Assembly (NCBI GenBank): GCA_965204725.1
Contig: OZ242005.1
Span: 992,001 to 1,056,000, forward strand
Direction: 5' to 3'
DNA length: 64,000 bases
DNA from: Candidatus Latescibacterota bacterium
Lineage (GTDB): Bacteria; Latescibacterota; UBA2968; UBA8231
Part shown: positions 10,528 through 18,786 of the stretch, in pieces
Position numbering within the stretch: the stretch's first letter is position 1
How the letters are laid out: the number at the start of each line of letters is the position of its first letter
Program-made: the position numbers and the translations under genes
The notes under the pieces: model-generated
Databases searched by the model: none
Seen by the model: only the letters and a program-made list of their open reading frames with translations
Told to the model about the DNA's origin: nothing

Positions 10528-12663
10528 TCACGGCAGCTTGGTCGTCTTTTTCGCTTCCACCTGTCCGTCGATTTCGACCTGATAGAGATACACGCCGGCG
10601 GCCACGTCTTTACCCGTCTCGTCGCGGCCATCCCATATCAACCGATGGCTGCCCGCCCCCAACGGCCCCTGCCACACCTGACGCACTCGACGACCTAGCA
10701 CATCGTACACCGTCAGCGACACTCGCTCCGCGTCCGTTGCCAAATCAAGGGGCAGCACAACCGTCGGATTGAACGGATTGGGATAGCTGTCACCCAGCCG
10801 ATGCTGCGCCGGGCTCGCTGCTGTCGGCGTCATCACCGCTGTCAGCGGACCGCCCTGCAAACTCTTGAGCAGATGCACTCCGCCCAAAACCGGATCCAAC
10901 ACCACCAAATCGACCGCACCGTCGCCATCGACATCCCCGGGCAGCACCTGGACCCCATCGCCCGCTAAGCGATGCGTTTCCACTGCTTCTGTGGGGTTCA
11001 CACCCCCGCCCCATTCGACGAACACCCCAAAGCCCGAGGCGCGATCCCCGCCGACAAACGCCCAATCCTCGACCCCATCGGCATTCAAGTCGCGCACCAC
11101 CACCGGCGAGCGCAAAAACAGCCGTTCATCATACAGCACCTCCGCCTCCACATCGCCGCCGGGTCGGCTACGCCGCACAACCAGTCCCTTGCGTTGTTCG
11201 GCACCGTCGTAGCGCAGGGCCGTCAGCAGTTCTACTTGCCCATCGGCATCAAAATCGCCCGTGCCCAAAAAAGTAGATGAAGCGAGGCTACGGTCTGCCC
11301 CGAAAGCAAATAGGGTGCCTTCCGCAAACTCACCTCCCAACCGAGACACAACCCATGTATGGGCTTGGCCGACGATGGGGACCCACAGCACGTCCAGCCC
11401 CCCATCGCCCGTAAGATCGCCCACCTGAATGGGCACATGATCCTCCGGGAGAGCCGCCAACCGCGAAGCGGTCCATACGCCACCTGCTACATCCCAGACC
11501 TCGAAATAGGACTCGCCGGCCACGGAATAACCTTCTGCATTGTAGGAGACCGCAGAAACGTCCGTGGAAAAGAGTTCGACATCGCCGTCGCCGTCCCAAT
11601 CCGCCAAGTTTACGAACTCGCGGTTAGGTATCTCCGTCATCACCTCGATCTGGCGGTCCGGCCCCATAGACCAAACCGCTACCTGACTGTTTATAGCCAA
11701 CGCGAGCTCGGAGGTGCCATCGCCGGTTATATCGCCTAGATCCACCTTGAGATAAGCAGGTTCTCCCACCGCTTCAGTCCATGCGGTTTCAAAGACCCCT
11801 TCGCCGTTGTTGAGGGCCATGACCCAACCAGAGGTGTACAAATTCCGTGGTGGGAGGTGCTGCCAAATAGAGAAAAGGTCTAAATCGCCATCGCGGTCCA
11901 AGTCCGTCAATACACCCGCCCGCTCGTTTCCGAGAACCAACCTAGCTCCTGTGCCCGGCACAATGGGATGGAAAACGGGTGACGCAAAGTGCCGACCCCT
12001 GTCAAAGCGAAAATAGTCGGCTTGGGGAGGCGGTAATTCCCCCTGTAGCTTCTCCTCTACGCCGGTCAACTCGATCCAGTCGATCGCCAAGCGGCCTACC
12101 TTTTCCTCGGCCGGACGCGGCACTCCTATTTCGCCCTGATCCAAGTAAAAATTCAGCCGAATATCCCGTAACGCACCGGCCCAGATAATCTCATCGTGGT
12201 CCACAATGGGGATTTCTACTTCTTGCCACTCGGTCGTGTAAACAAAGTCGCGGGGGCCGGGGATCAAAAAGCGTCTTTGTTTAGGCCATTCAGGATCATG
12301 ACCCGGCAGCGTGAGGTTGTGTTCATTGGTCCATTTGACGTTGAAAAAACCTAACGTAGGGCTGTGATGGACGGTGCGGAACCGCACGCGCACCCGGTCG
12401 AACAGAGCCGAATCGTAGCCCAAGGTGGGAGCAATCACTTCGACACTCGGATTGTGGTCATCGGAGCGAAAGGTCTCGATCACCCACACGCCCTCTGCAA
12501 CCACCCCAGACAATAGGTGGAACTCGTGAAAGCCACCCGATGAGGCGGCCTTTTTCGCAGCCCACCCTTGCGTCGTCTCTCCGTCGAAATCCCAAGTGAC
12601 TGCCGCCGCAGGACTACTCCATAGCACAATGCCTACAACAATGGAGCACTTCAACTTCAACAT
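10528..12663 (-). CDS. Secreted FG-GAP repeat protein with C-terminal FlgD-Ig/T9SS-like domain (paralogue 1)
   Basis: ATG 12663 after GAGAAGG; signal peptide ending AAA; same architecture; C-terminal third nearly identical to 6128-8236. Confidence 0.85.
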   Translation of the reverse strand: MLKLKCSIVVGIVLWSSPAAAVTWDFDGETTQGWAAKKAASSGGFHEFHLLSGVVAEGVWVIETFRSDDHNPSVEVIAPTLGYDSALFDRVRVRFRTVHHSPTLGFFNVKWTNEHNLTLPGHDPEWPKQRRFLIPGPRDFVYTTEWQEVEIPIVDHDEIIWAGALRDIRLNFYLDQGEIGVPRPAEEKVGRLAIDWIELTGVEEKLQGELPPPQADYFRFDRGRHFASPVFHPIVPGTGARLVLGNERAGVLTDLDRDGDLDLFSIWQHLPPRNLYTSGWVMALNNGEGVFETAWTEAVGEPAYLKVDLGDITGDGTSELALAINSQVAVWSMGPDRQIEVMTEIPNREFVNLADWDGDGDVELFSTDVSAVSYNAEGYSVAGESYFEVWDVAGGVWTASRLAALPEDHVPIQVGDLTGDGGLDVLWVPIVGQAHTWVVSRLGGEFAEGTLFAFGADRSLASSTFLGTGDFDADGQVELLTALRYDGAEQRKGLVVRRSRPGGDVEAEVLYDERLFLRSPVVVRDLNADGVEDWAFVGGDRASGFGVFVEWGGGVNPTEAVETHRLAGDGVQVLPGDVDGDGAVDLVVLDPVLGGVHLLKSLQGGPLTAVMTPTAASPAQHRLGDSYPNPFNPTVVLPLDLATDAERVSLTVYDVLGRRVRQVWQGPLGAGSHRLIWDGRDETGKDVAAGVYLYQVEIDGQVEAKKTTKLP

Positions 12664-12705
12664 GACTAGTAACCTTCTCAGGAGATATACGATACAGTAA
12701 AACGA

Positions 12706-12745
12706 CAAGGGAGCGGTACGAGAATTGCGCCACACCGCTCCCTTG
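12706..12745 (-). terminator. Terminator-like or mRNA-stabilising hairpin after the small peptide gene
   Basis: 12-bp perfect stem CAAGGGAGCGGT / ACCGCTCCCTTG with 16-nt loop, followed on the minus strand by TCGTTTT. Confidence 0.6.
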
Positions 12746-12807
12746 ATAAGCTAAAAGGCAAATGCGCCCTGTGTTGCACCTCTATGCTCAATAGCTATAC
12801 AGGATCT

Positions 12808-13077
12808 TCAAAGGGTACAAACCCAGTTTACATATATACGACTACAGTCCGAACGTTGATGAACCAACCAGCAGCCGATCGGCTTGTCAACCGGGCAGTC
12901 CGGGTCGTAAGTGCAGCCAACATATCGAGGTCCCGATGTGCAGCCGGCTTCGGCCTCCTTGCCTCCGAGCAGGACTGCGATCCACGTGAGGGCGCTGATG
13001 ACCCAACCGAGGGCCAGCCCCTGCCGAGCCGGCACCAAGCCGCTCGACGACATGAAGAATTCCCTCAAGCTCTGCAT
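12808..13077 (-). CDS. Small secreted cysteine-rich peptide (44-aa leader + 45-aa core with 6 Cys)
   Basis: AGGAG RBS; hydrophobic leader ending AEA; core GCTSGPRYVGCTYDPDCPVDKPIGCWLVHQRSDCSRIYVNWVCTL; own promoter and downstream hairpin. Confidence 0.75.
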   Translation of the reverse strand: MQSLREFFMSSSGLVPARQGLALGWVISALTWIAVLLGGKEAEAGCTSGPRYVGCTYDPDCPVDKPIGCWLVHQRSDCSRIYVNWVCTL

Positions 13078-13214
13078 GATCTCTTCTCCTAAGTTGCCCA
13101 GTACGCCAGCGGCCCGATACCACTACGCGACTGGAAGTGAGGTTGAAAAATGACCGATACGAATTCGTATCTCCTCCTTTCTGTTCTATCGGCCTCGTTT
13201 CTACGGATTATATA

Positions 13215-13230
13215 TGCAAATTTCGTGCCA
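13215..13230 (-). promoter_or_regulatory. Sigma-54 (-24/-12) promoter
   Basis: Minus strand reads TGGCACGAAATTTGCA, an exact TGGCAC-N5-TTGCA consensus in an AT-rich intergenic region. Confidence 0.85.
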
Positions 13231-13252
13231 AAAAGCAGGACACGTACAAAAA

Positions 13253-13279
13253 AATCCTTTAGGATTACCCTAAAGGATT
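13253..13279. repeat. 11-bp perfect inverted repeat just upstream of the sigma-54 site
   Basis: AATCCTTTAGG-attac-CCTAAAGGATT. Confidence 0.7.
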
Positions 13280-13353
13280 GAAAAACATAGAAGTTATAAA
13301 ATCGTGATTTTCTTCTTATAGGATCTATGGGTTCAATAGAACATATAAAATTC

Positions 13354-13417
13354 GTTCAAAAGTTGTTCAAAAGTTGTTGAGAATGAACAGATTTTGAACA
13401 GATTTTGAACAACTTTT
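13354..13417. promoter_or_regulatory. Array of 11-bp phased repeats forming a large palindrome; candidate enhancer (UAS) for a sigma-54 activator
   Basis: GTTCAAAAGTT x2, then GAACAGATTTT x2 and GAACAACTTTT; perfect 15-bp inverted repeat 13358-13372 / 13403-13417; ~130-190 bp upstream of the -24 box. Confidence 0.55.
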
Positions 13418-13477
13418 CATCCACGGCGCGGACACCGGGTAGGCACGCAGTCCACGCGCTGTACGAGGACATTTTGC

Positions 13478-13660
13478 GTTAGGGCTGCTTGGGAAGCCCT
13501 CGGCCAAGCATGTCAACGCCGCCGACCGGCGCACCAGTGCGGTTGCGCGCCACGAGCCCCACATCGTACCCGGCGGCCAAAATTTTGCACTCGCGGCGAA
13601 AGATGCAGTTGTCAAAGGGGTTGTAGAAGGAGGTGAACTAGGCGCGGCTAATCCCATCAG
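13478..13660 (-). pseudogene. N-terminal remnant of a GT4-like glycosyltransferase
   Basis: Minus frame reads *FTSFYNPFDNCIFRRECKILAAGYDVGLVARN...LPKQP*, resembling the 'HxTSVHxPFDxRIFxKECxxLAxAGYxV' start of GT4 enzymes; bounded by stops. Confidence 0.5.
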
Positions 13661-13744
13661 CACACGCGACGCCCGGTTGCATAAATGACGAAAATTTAAT
13701 AAGATAAGATACGTTTTAACACTGTTTTCTACCGCCGGATTCCC

Positions 13745-14884
13745 ATGCTCATCGCCGTTTTTTGGGCCGCTTTATTCCTCGTCGTCTATACCTACCTAAT
13801 CTACCCAGTTTTGCTCTGGCTCTTGGCGGCCGGCCGCAAGATGCCCGAGTACGCGCCGCTCGGCGAATGGCCCACGGCGTCGCTGATTATTGCCGCACAC
13901 AACGAAGAAGCCGTATTGCGCGCCAAGCTAGAAAACGCGCTGGCCATGGAGTACCCGCCCGAGCGGCTCGACATCATCGTCGTCTCAGACGCCTCAACCG
14001 ATGGCACTGACCGCATTGCCGCCGAATTTGCCGAGCGCGGAGTGCGCCTGCACCGGCAGGAAGTCCGCGGCGGCAAGACCGAGGCGCAAAACGCGGGGGT
14101 GCGCTTGGCGCGGGGGCAGTTTCTCGCGTTCTCAGACGCCAACAGCATGTACGCGCCCAATGCGCTCAAGCGGCTGTTGGCGCCCTTTGCCGACGAGCGG
14201 GTCGGCTGCGTCTGCGGCGAGTTGCAATACGCCAATCCAGACGACCAAGGCGCTGGCAAGGGCGAAGGCCTGTACTGGCGCTACGAGCAATTTCTCAAGC
14301 GCCGCGAGAGCCTGCTCAGCTCTACGTTGGGGGCCAATGGGGCCATCTACGCGCTCCGGCGCGAGCTGTTCGTCGAGCTGGGCGGCGACATTATCAGCGA
14401 TTTTGTCGCGCCTTTGGGCGCGTGGCGGCGCGGCTTTCGCATTGCGTATGAGCCAAAGGCCGTTGCCACCGAGTACAGCAGCGGGTGCTTCGGCGACGAG
14501 TTCTACCGCCGGCGCCGCATTGTCTCGCGCTCGCTCTACGGGCTGTGGACCGAGGCCGGGGTGCTCAATCCGTGCGCCCACTTTTTTTTTGCGTTTCAGA
14601 TGTTTTCCCACAAGCTGCTCCGCTGGCTCGTGCCGGTGTGGCTGTTGGTGGTGCTCGCGGTCAATGTTCCGTTGGCCACGAGCGCGTTCTACGGCCTCTT
14701 GCTCGCGCTGCAAGTCGCTTTCTACGGCTTGGCCGCCTTGGGCCTCTTGCTGCCGACGCGGCTCGGGCGGTATTGGTTCTTCTACGTGCCGGCCTATTTT
14801 GCCGCGACCAATTTGGGCACCTTGCTGGGAGTGCTGAGCTTCCTAACGGGTCGCCGCGACCGCGTCTGGCAGCCCGCGAGGTAG
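13745..14884 (+). CDS. Glycosyltransferase family 2 (CESA-like, membrane-anchored)
   Basis: IIAAHNEE, VSDASTDGT, GGKTEAQN, FSDANS, GANGAIYALR, RRRRI, SHKLLRW, terminal TM helices. Confidence 0.92.
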   Translation: MLIAVFWAALFLVVYTYLIYPVLLWLLAAGRKMPEYAPLGEWPTASLIIAAHNEEAVLRAKLENALAMEYPPERLDIIVVSDASTDGTDRIAAEFAERGVRLHRQEVRGGKTEAQNAGVRLARGQFLAFSDANSMYAPNALKRLLAPFADERVGCVCGELQYANPDDQGAGKGEGLYWRYEQFLKRRESLLSSTLGANGAIYALRRELFVELGGDIISDFVAPLGAWRRGFRIAYEPKAVATEYSSGCFGDEFYRRRRIVSRSLYGLWTEAGVLNPCAHFFFAFQMFSHKLLRWLVPVWLLVVLAVNVPLATSAFYGLLLALQVAFYGLAALGLLLPTRLGRYWFFYVPAYFAATNLGTLLGVLSFLTGRRDRVWQPAR

Positions 14885-14891
14885 AGCGTTT

Positions 14892-16346
14892 ATGTCGCCC
14901 CTGAAACGCATCGTCCTGCTGCTGTTGAGCGATATAGCGGCCGTCAGTTTGGCGTCGGTTTTCTTTTTGTGGATGAAGTTGGCCGGCGGTGGGCTGGAGA
15001 TCGTCCGCCACACCTACGAGCGGCTCTATCCCGACGCCGTGGAAGGGCCGACCTTCTGGTATGCGCTGGGCTATTACTCGGACGTGTTGCCGCTGATAAG
15101 CGGCTGCTGGCTGCTGCTGTTCCTGTTCTTTGGCTTCTACCAATCCTCGCTTTCTAGCTCGCGCTTTGACGAGATTTTCGAGGTCACCAAGGTCGTCACC
15201 TTGGGCCTCTTGCTGGCCATGGTCGCCACCTTCGACCGCGACATCCGCCTCACTCGGCTGCTGGTCTTGTTCTACTGGCTGGGCATGGTCGCGCTGGTGG
15301 CGGGCGGGCGGGTGCTGGTGCGCAGCTTTGAGCGGCAACTCTTGTTGCGCGGCATCGGCCTCCGGCGCACGGCTATCGTGGGCGTGAATGCGCGCGGCAT
15401 GCGGCTTTTGCACGCGCTGCACACAGCGCCGGCGCAGGGATATGAGGTTGTGGGCTTTGTGCGGGCGCGCGGCGAGAAAGCAAGCGGGACGATTGACGGC
15501 TTGCCCGTGCTCGGCGAAGTGAGCGATCTGCGAGCCATCCTCGAGCCCGAGGGCATTGAGGCCGTGCTCATCGCCTTGCAATCCAATTCGCACGAAGAGA
15601 TCATGCAGATCGTCGAGGAGGCCGAGGGGTTGCCGGTCTCCTTCGGCATCACGCCCGACCTGTACGACATTGTGACCGGCCACGTGCGCACGACGCAGAT
15701 TTACGGCGTGCCCCTGATGGAGCTCAAGCCCGAGCTGATGCCGGCTTGGCAGCGGACGGTCAAGCGGCTCATCGACGTGGTGGTGGCGGCTGGTGTGCTG
15801 GCGGGTTTGGCCCCGTTGTGGCTGTTGGTGGCCGCGGCGATTAAGTTGACCTCCAAGGGGCCGGTGTTCTTTCGCCAAGATCGCGTCGGCGAGGGCGGCC
15901 AGACCTTTTCGATGCTCAAATTTCGCTCAATGTACGTAGATGCCGAGGAGAATACCGGCCCGGTGTGGGCCACGGGTGCGGACCCTCGGGTAACTCCGGT
16001 AGGTCGGGTGCTGCGCGCCCTGCACTTAGACGAAATTCCCCAGTGCATCAACTTCCTGCGCGGCGACATGAGCTTGGTCGGCCCCCGGCCCGAGCGCCCG
16101 TTTTTCGTCGAGCAGTTCAAGAAGCAGATTCCCTTGTACATGCGGCGTTTTAACGTCAAGCCCGGCCTGTTGGGCTGGGCGCAGTCCAAGCACGAGTTCG
16201 ATCTCGATTCCAAGGACGTGGTGGGCATTGCCCGCGAGCGGCTGGAGTACGATTTCTACTACATCGAGAACATGTCGCTCAAGCTAGACTTCAAGATCAT
16301 GCTGCAAACAGTGTGGTTCGTGCTGACGGGCAAGAGTACGCGCTGA
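14892..16346 (+). CDS. Polyprenyl-phosphate glycosylphosphotransferase (WcaJ/WbaP-type priming sugar transferase)
   Basis: N-terminal TMs, CoA-binding-like middle region, KRLIDV, GPVFFRQDRVG, KFRSM, LDEIPQ, GDMSLVGPRPER, VKPG. Confidence 0.92.
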   Translation: MSPLKRIVLLLLSDIAAVSLASVFFLWMKLAGGGLEIVRHTYERLYPDAVEGPTFWYALGYYSDVLPLISGCWLLLFLFFGFYQSSLSSSRFDEIFEVTKVVTLGLLLAMVATFDRDIRLTRLLVLFYWLGMVALVAGGRVLVRSFERQLLLRGIGLRRTAIVGVNARGMRLLHALHTAPAQGYEVVGFVRARGEKASGTIDGLPVLGEVSDLRAILEPEGIEAVLIALQSNSHEEIMQIVEEAEGLPVSFGITPDLYDIVTGHVRTTQIYGVPLMELKPELMPAWQRTVKRLIDVVVAAGVLAGLAPLWLLVAAAIKLTSKGPVFFRQDRVGEGGQTFSMLKFRSMYVDAEENTGPVWATGADPRVTPVGRVLRALHLDEIPQCINFLRGDMSLVGPRPERPFFVEQFKKQIPLYMRRFNVKPGLLGWAQSKHEFDLDSKDVVGIARERLEYDFYYIENMSLKLDFKIMLQTVWFVLTGKSTR

Positions 16347-16396
16347 CCTATCCCCGAGGGCCTGATCTGTTCCGCGGATAAGCGTTGATGAGGAGC

Positions 16397-16423
16397 TTGA
16401 CCGCGTCCCCCGTTTGCGGTCAA
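16397..16423. promoter_or_regulatory. Palindromic operator candidate upstream of vapBC
   Basis: TTGACCGC-N11-GCGGTCAA overlapping a TTGACC -35-like box. Confidence 0.45.
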
Positions 16424-16457
16424 TTTATGTGTAACGGTAGGTGTCGGAGGTAACACA

Positions 16458-16658
16458 ATGGCGACCAACTTGGCGATAGATCCCAAGCTGCTCGACAAGG
16501 CGCTTGAAGTCGGCGGCGAGAAGACGAAAAAGGCGACCGTCAACCGGGCCTTGCGGGAGTTCGTTGCACGCCGAGAGCAGGAACGGCTCTTGGAGCTTTT
16601 TGGCAAATTCGACTGGGACGACGGCTTTGACTACAAACGAAAACGGAGTCGTAGGTGA
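16458..16658 (+). CDS. vapB: VapB-family antitoxin
   Basis: MATNLAIDPKLL...KTKKATVNRALREF; GGAGG RBS; 4-bp overlap with PIN gene. Confidence 0.9.
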   Translation: MATNLAIDPKLLDKALEVGGEKTKKATVNRALREFVARREQERLLELFGKFDWDDGFDYKRKRSRR

Positions 16659-17062
16659 GGCTATTTGTGGACACGAGCGTCTGGTCGCTGGCCTTGCGAC
16701 GAGATGCGGTCCCCGAAGGACCCGAAGTCCAGTGTCTGCGGGAGGCACTCAGTAGTGGCGAATTGATTTACACAACCGGAATCGTCTTGCAGGAGCTATT
16801 GCAAGGCTTTCGAGGGCCGAAAGCCAAAACGCAGATCGTCGAAAGGTTCGAGGCTCTCACTCTGATCGCGCCCGTGCGTGAAGACTATATTGACGCAGCC
16901 GAGTTGCACAACGAATGCCGCCGGCACGGCATTCAGGTTGGAACCATTGACGCGCTACTCGCCCAGATCTGTATTCGTCATAAGCTAATTATGTTGACGA
17001 CCGACCTCGATTTCAGCCAGATGACAAAGTGGACGCCGCTTCAACTCTGGCGCGCCCGATGA
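16655..17062 (+). CDS. vapC: VapC-family PIN-domain toxin
   Basis: VDTSVWS, QELLQG, GTIDALLAQ, LTTDLDF. Confidence 0.92.
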   Translation: MRLFVDTSVWSLALRRDAVPEGPEVQCLREALSSGELIYTTGIVLQELLQGFRGPKAKTQIVERFEALTLIAPVREDYIDAAELHNECRRHGIQVGTIDALLAQICIRHKLIMLTTDLDFSQMTKWTPLQLWRAR

Positions 17063-17069
17063 TTCGTCT

Positions 17070-17843
17070 TCACGATCCGTGCGGATTGGCGCGCAGGGTT
17101 TTGAGGTGGCTGTCGAGGACCTGTACGCCGTAGCGAAGGGCGTTGCCGACGTTGAGGAAGCGATACCCCCAGCGAACCTTTTCTTGGAGTTGGTCTAATT
17201 CCGATAGCGTAGTGCCCACGGCGATTCCGGTGTCGGCTAGCTGTTGGGGCACGTCGCGCATGATCTGCTGCACGGGCTGCGACTCGGTATTGGTGATGGT
17301 CCCCACGGTGGCCGACAGGTCCAACGGCCCGACGAAAAGCACGTCAATGCCGGGGACGCGCTTGATTTCGTCCAAGTTGTCGTAGGCCCGCTGGCTTTCT
17401 AGCTGGAGGACGACGAGCGTCTCTTCGTTGGCGGTTTTGATGACCTCGTTCCAGTCTGCGCCCGCGATTTGGGTCCACATGGGCGAGAGGCCACGCCGGC
17501 CTTCGGGTGCGTAGCGGGCGGCCTCAACCGCTTGGGCCGCTTCGGCCGCCGTATCGACTTGGGGCACCATCACGGCCACTGCGCCCGCATCGTACGCCTT
17601 TTTGATCAGGGCCGGGTCGTTCCACGCGACGCGCACCATGGGGGCGACGCCGCGCATCCGCGCCAGCACCAAAATGGAGTCGAGTGCTTCGACGGCATGG
17701 GGCATGTGCTCGGTGTCGGCCCAGAGGAAATCGGGCTTTGTGTCAAGGACTGACCCGGCCACGTGTGGGGTGGGGGCCGGCAGGCTGGTGCCGAAGATGA
17801 GTTCGCCGCTACGCAGCCGCGCTTTTAGGTTGTTGGGATACAT
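17070..17843 (-). CDS. HpcH/HpaI aldolase family protein
   Basis: DTEH, VRV, DAGAVAVMVPQV, RYAPEGRRG, QLES, FVGPLDLS. Confidence 0.9.
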   Translation of the reverse strand: MYPNNLKARLRSGELIFGTSLPAPTPHVAGSVLDTKPDFLWADTEHMPHAVEALDSILVLARMRGVAPMVRVAWNDPALIKKAYDAGAVAVMVPQVDTAAEAAQAVEAARYAPEGRRGLSPMWTQIAGADWNEVIKTANEETLVVLQLESQRAYDNLDEIKRVPGIDVLFVGPLDLSATVGTITNTESQPVQQIMRDVPQQLADTGIAVGTTLSELDQLQEKVRWGYRFLNVGNALRYGVQVLDSHLKTLRANPHGS

Positions 17844-17860
17844 GGATAGCTCCGTTGGAA

Positions 17861-18670
17861 TTAGCCGTACAGCGAGTAGAAGATGGCGCCGCCGAGCAGG
17901 ATGCGATAGACGGCAAACGAGTGGGTTCCGCGGCGCTGGAGGAAGCGGAGGAGGAAGCCGATGGACAGGTAGCCGCTAACCGCCGCGGCAAAGACGCCTA
18001 CCCCCAAATTTAGCAGCCCGGCACCGCCTACGCCCCCTTTGAGCAGTGCGAATAATTGCAGGAGGCCGCTGGCGCCAATGGCCGGCAGGCCGAGCAAAAA
18101 GGAAAAGCGGGCGGCATCTTGGCGCTGGAGGCCAACGAAAAGCCCGCCCATGATGGTCGAACCAGACCGCGAACACCCGGGAATCAGGGCGAGGGCTTGG
18201 CACAGGCCAATGAACTGAATCGACCAGAAGCCGAGTTCCGGCATGGTGCGCTCGCGCCGCCCCACGCGCTCGGCCACCAGCAAAAACAGCGCGAGGACGA
18301 TCAAGCTCGCGGCGATGAGGGGAAGCTGGCGAGCCTCGGTCTCGATAAAGTCGCGTCCCCCGAGGCCGAGCACGGCAATGGGCACGGTGCCCACGGCAAT
18401 CGACCACGCCATGCGGCAGTCTGCGCTGTGGTTGAAGTTGCGATGGATCACCCCTTGCAGCGCGGCGGCGGTCAGCCGTTTGACATCGGTCGTAAAATAC
18501 GCGAATACGGCCGCGAGCGTCCCCAGTTGGATTACCGCGGAAAACGCCGCGCCTGGGTCGTCCCAGCCGAGGAAGTGGGGCACCACCCGCAGGTGGGCCG
18601 TGCTGCTGATGGGCAGGAATTCGGTTAGCCCTTGGACTATGCCCAAGATGAGTGCTTGTAGCCAGTGCAT
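17861..18670 (-). CDS. uppP: Undecaprenyl-diphosphate phosphatase
   Basis: GIVQGLTEFLPISSTAH, IQLGT, ALIPGCSRSGST, ARFSFLL, FAVYRI. Confidence 0.95.
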   Translation of the reverse strand: MHWLQALILGIVQGLTEFLPISSTAHLRVVPHFLGWDDPGAAFSAVIQLGTLAAVFAYFTTDVKRLTAAALQGVIHRNFNHSADCRMAWSIAVGTVPIAVLGLGGRDFIETEARQLPLIAASLIVLALFLLVAERVGRRERTMPELGFWSIQFIGLCQALALIPGCSRSGSTIMGGLFVGLQRQDAARFSFLLGLPAIGASGLLQLFALLKGGVGGAGLLNLGVGVFAAAVSGYLSIGFLLRFLQRRGTHSFAVYRILLGGAIFYSLYG

Positions 18671-18786
18671 GGGAGGGATTAAGCTAACCGCCGCCGCCCG
18701 CCCGGACAAGGAGGCGCGTCCCTTGACAAAAACGCGGGCCGATGTGCAGAATACCCCCTGATTTTCACCGACGACAAGGAGGCTCC

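Noticed and set aside
6128-12663. Diversity-generating retroelement explaining the near-identical 3' blocks
   Set aside because: No reverse transcriptase in the window; differences are not confined to adenines; the repeats are whole coding domains
12808-13077. Classical RiPP (lanthipeptide, sactipeptide, ranthipeptide) cluster
   Set aside because: No radical SAM, LanB/C/M, YcaO or peptidase-ABC gene adjacent; the leader looks like an export signal
13354-13417. Possible CRISPR array or replication iterons
   Set aside because: Units are only 11 bp with no unique spacers; no cas or rep gene nearby
13367-13663. 98-aa ORF from the track, or a structured ncRNA
   Set aside because: The ORF runs through the repeat array with no recognisable motif; another frame better explains the region as a glycosyltransferase relic
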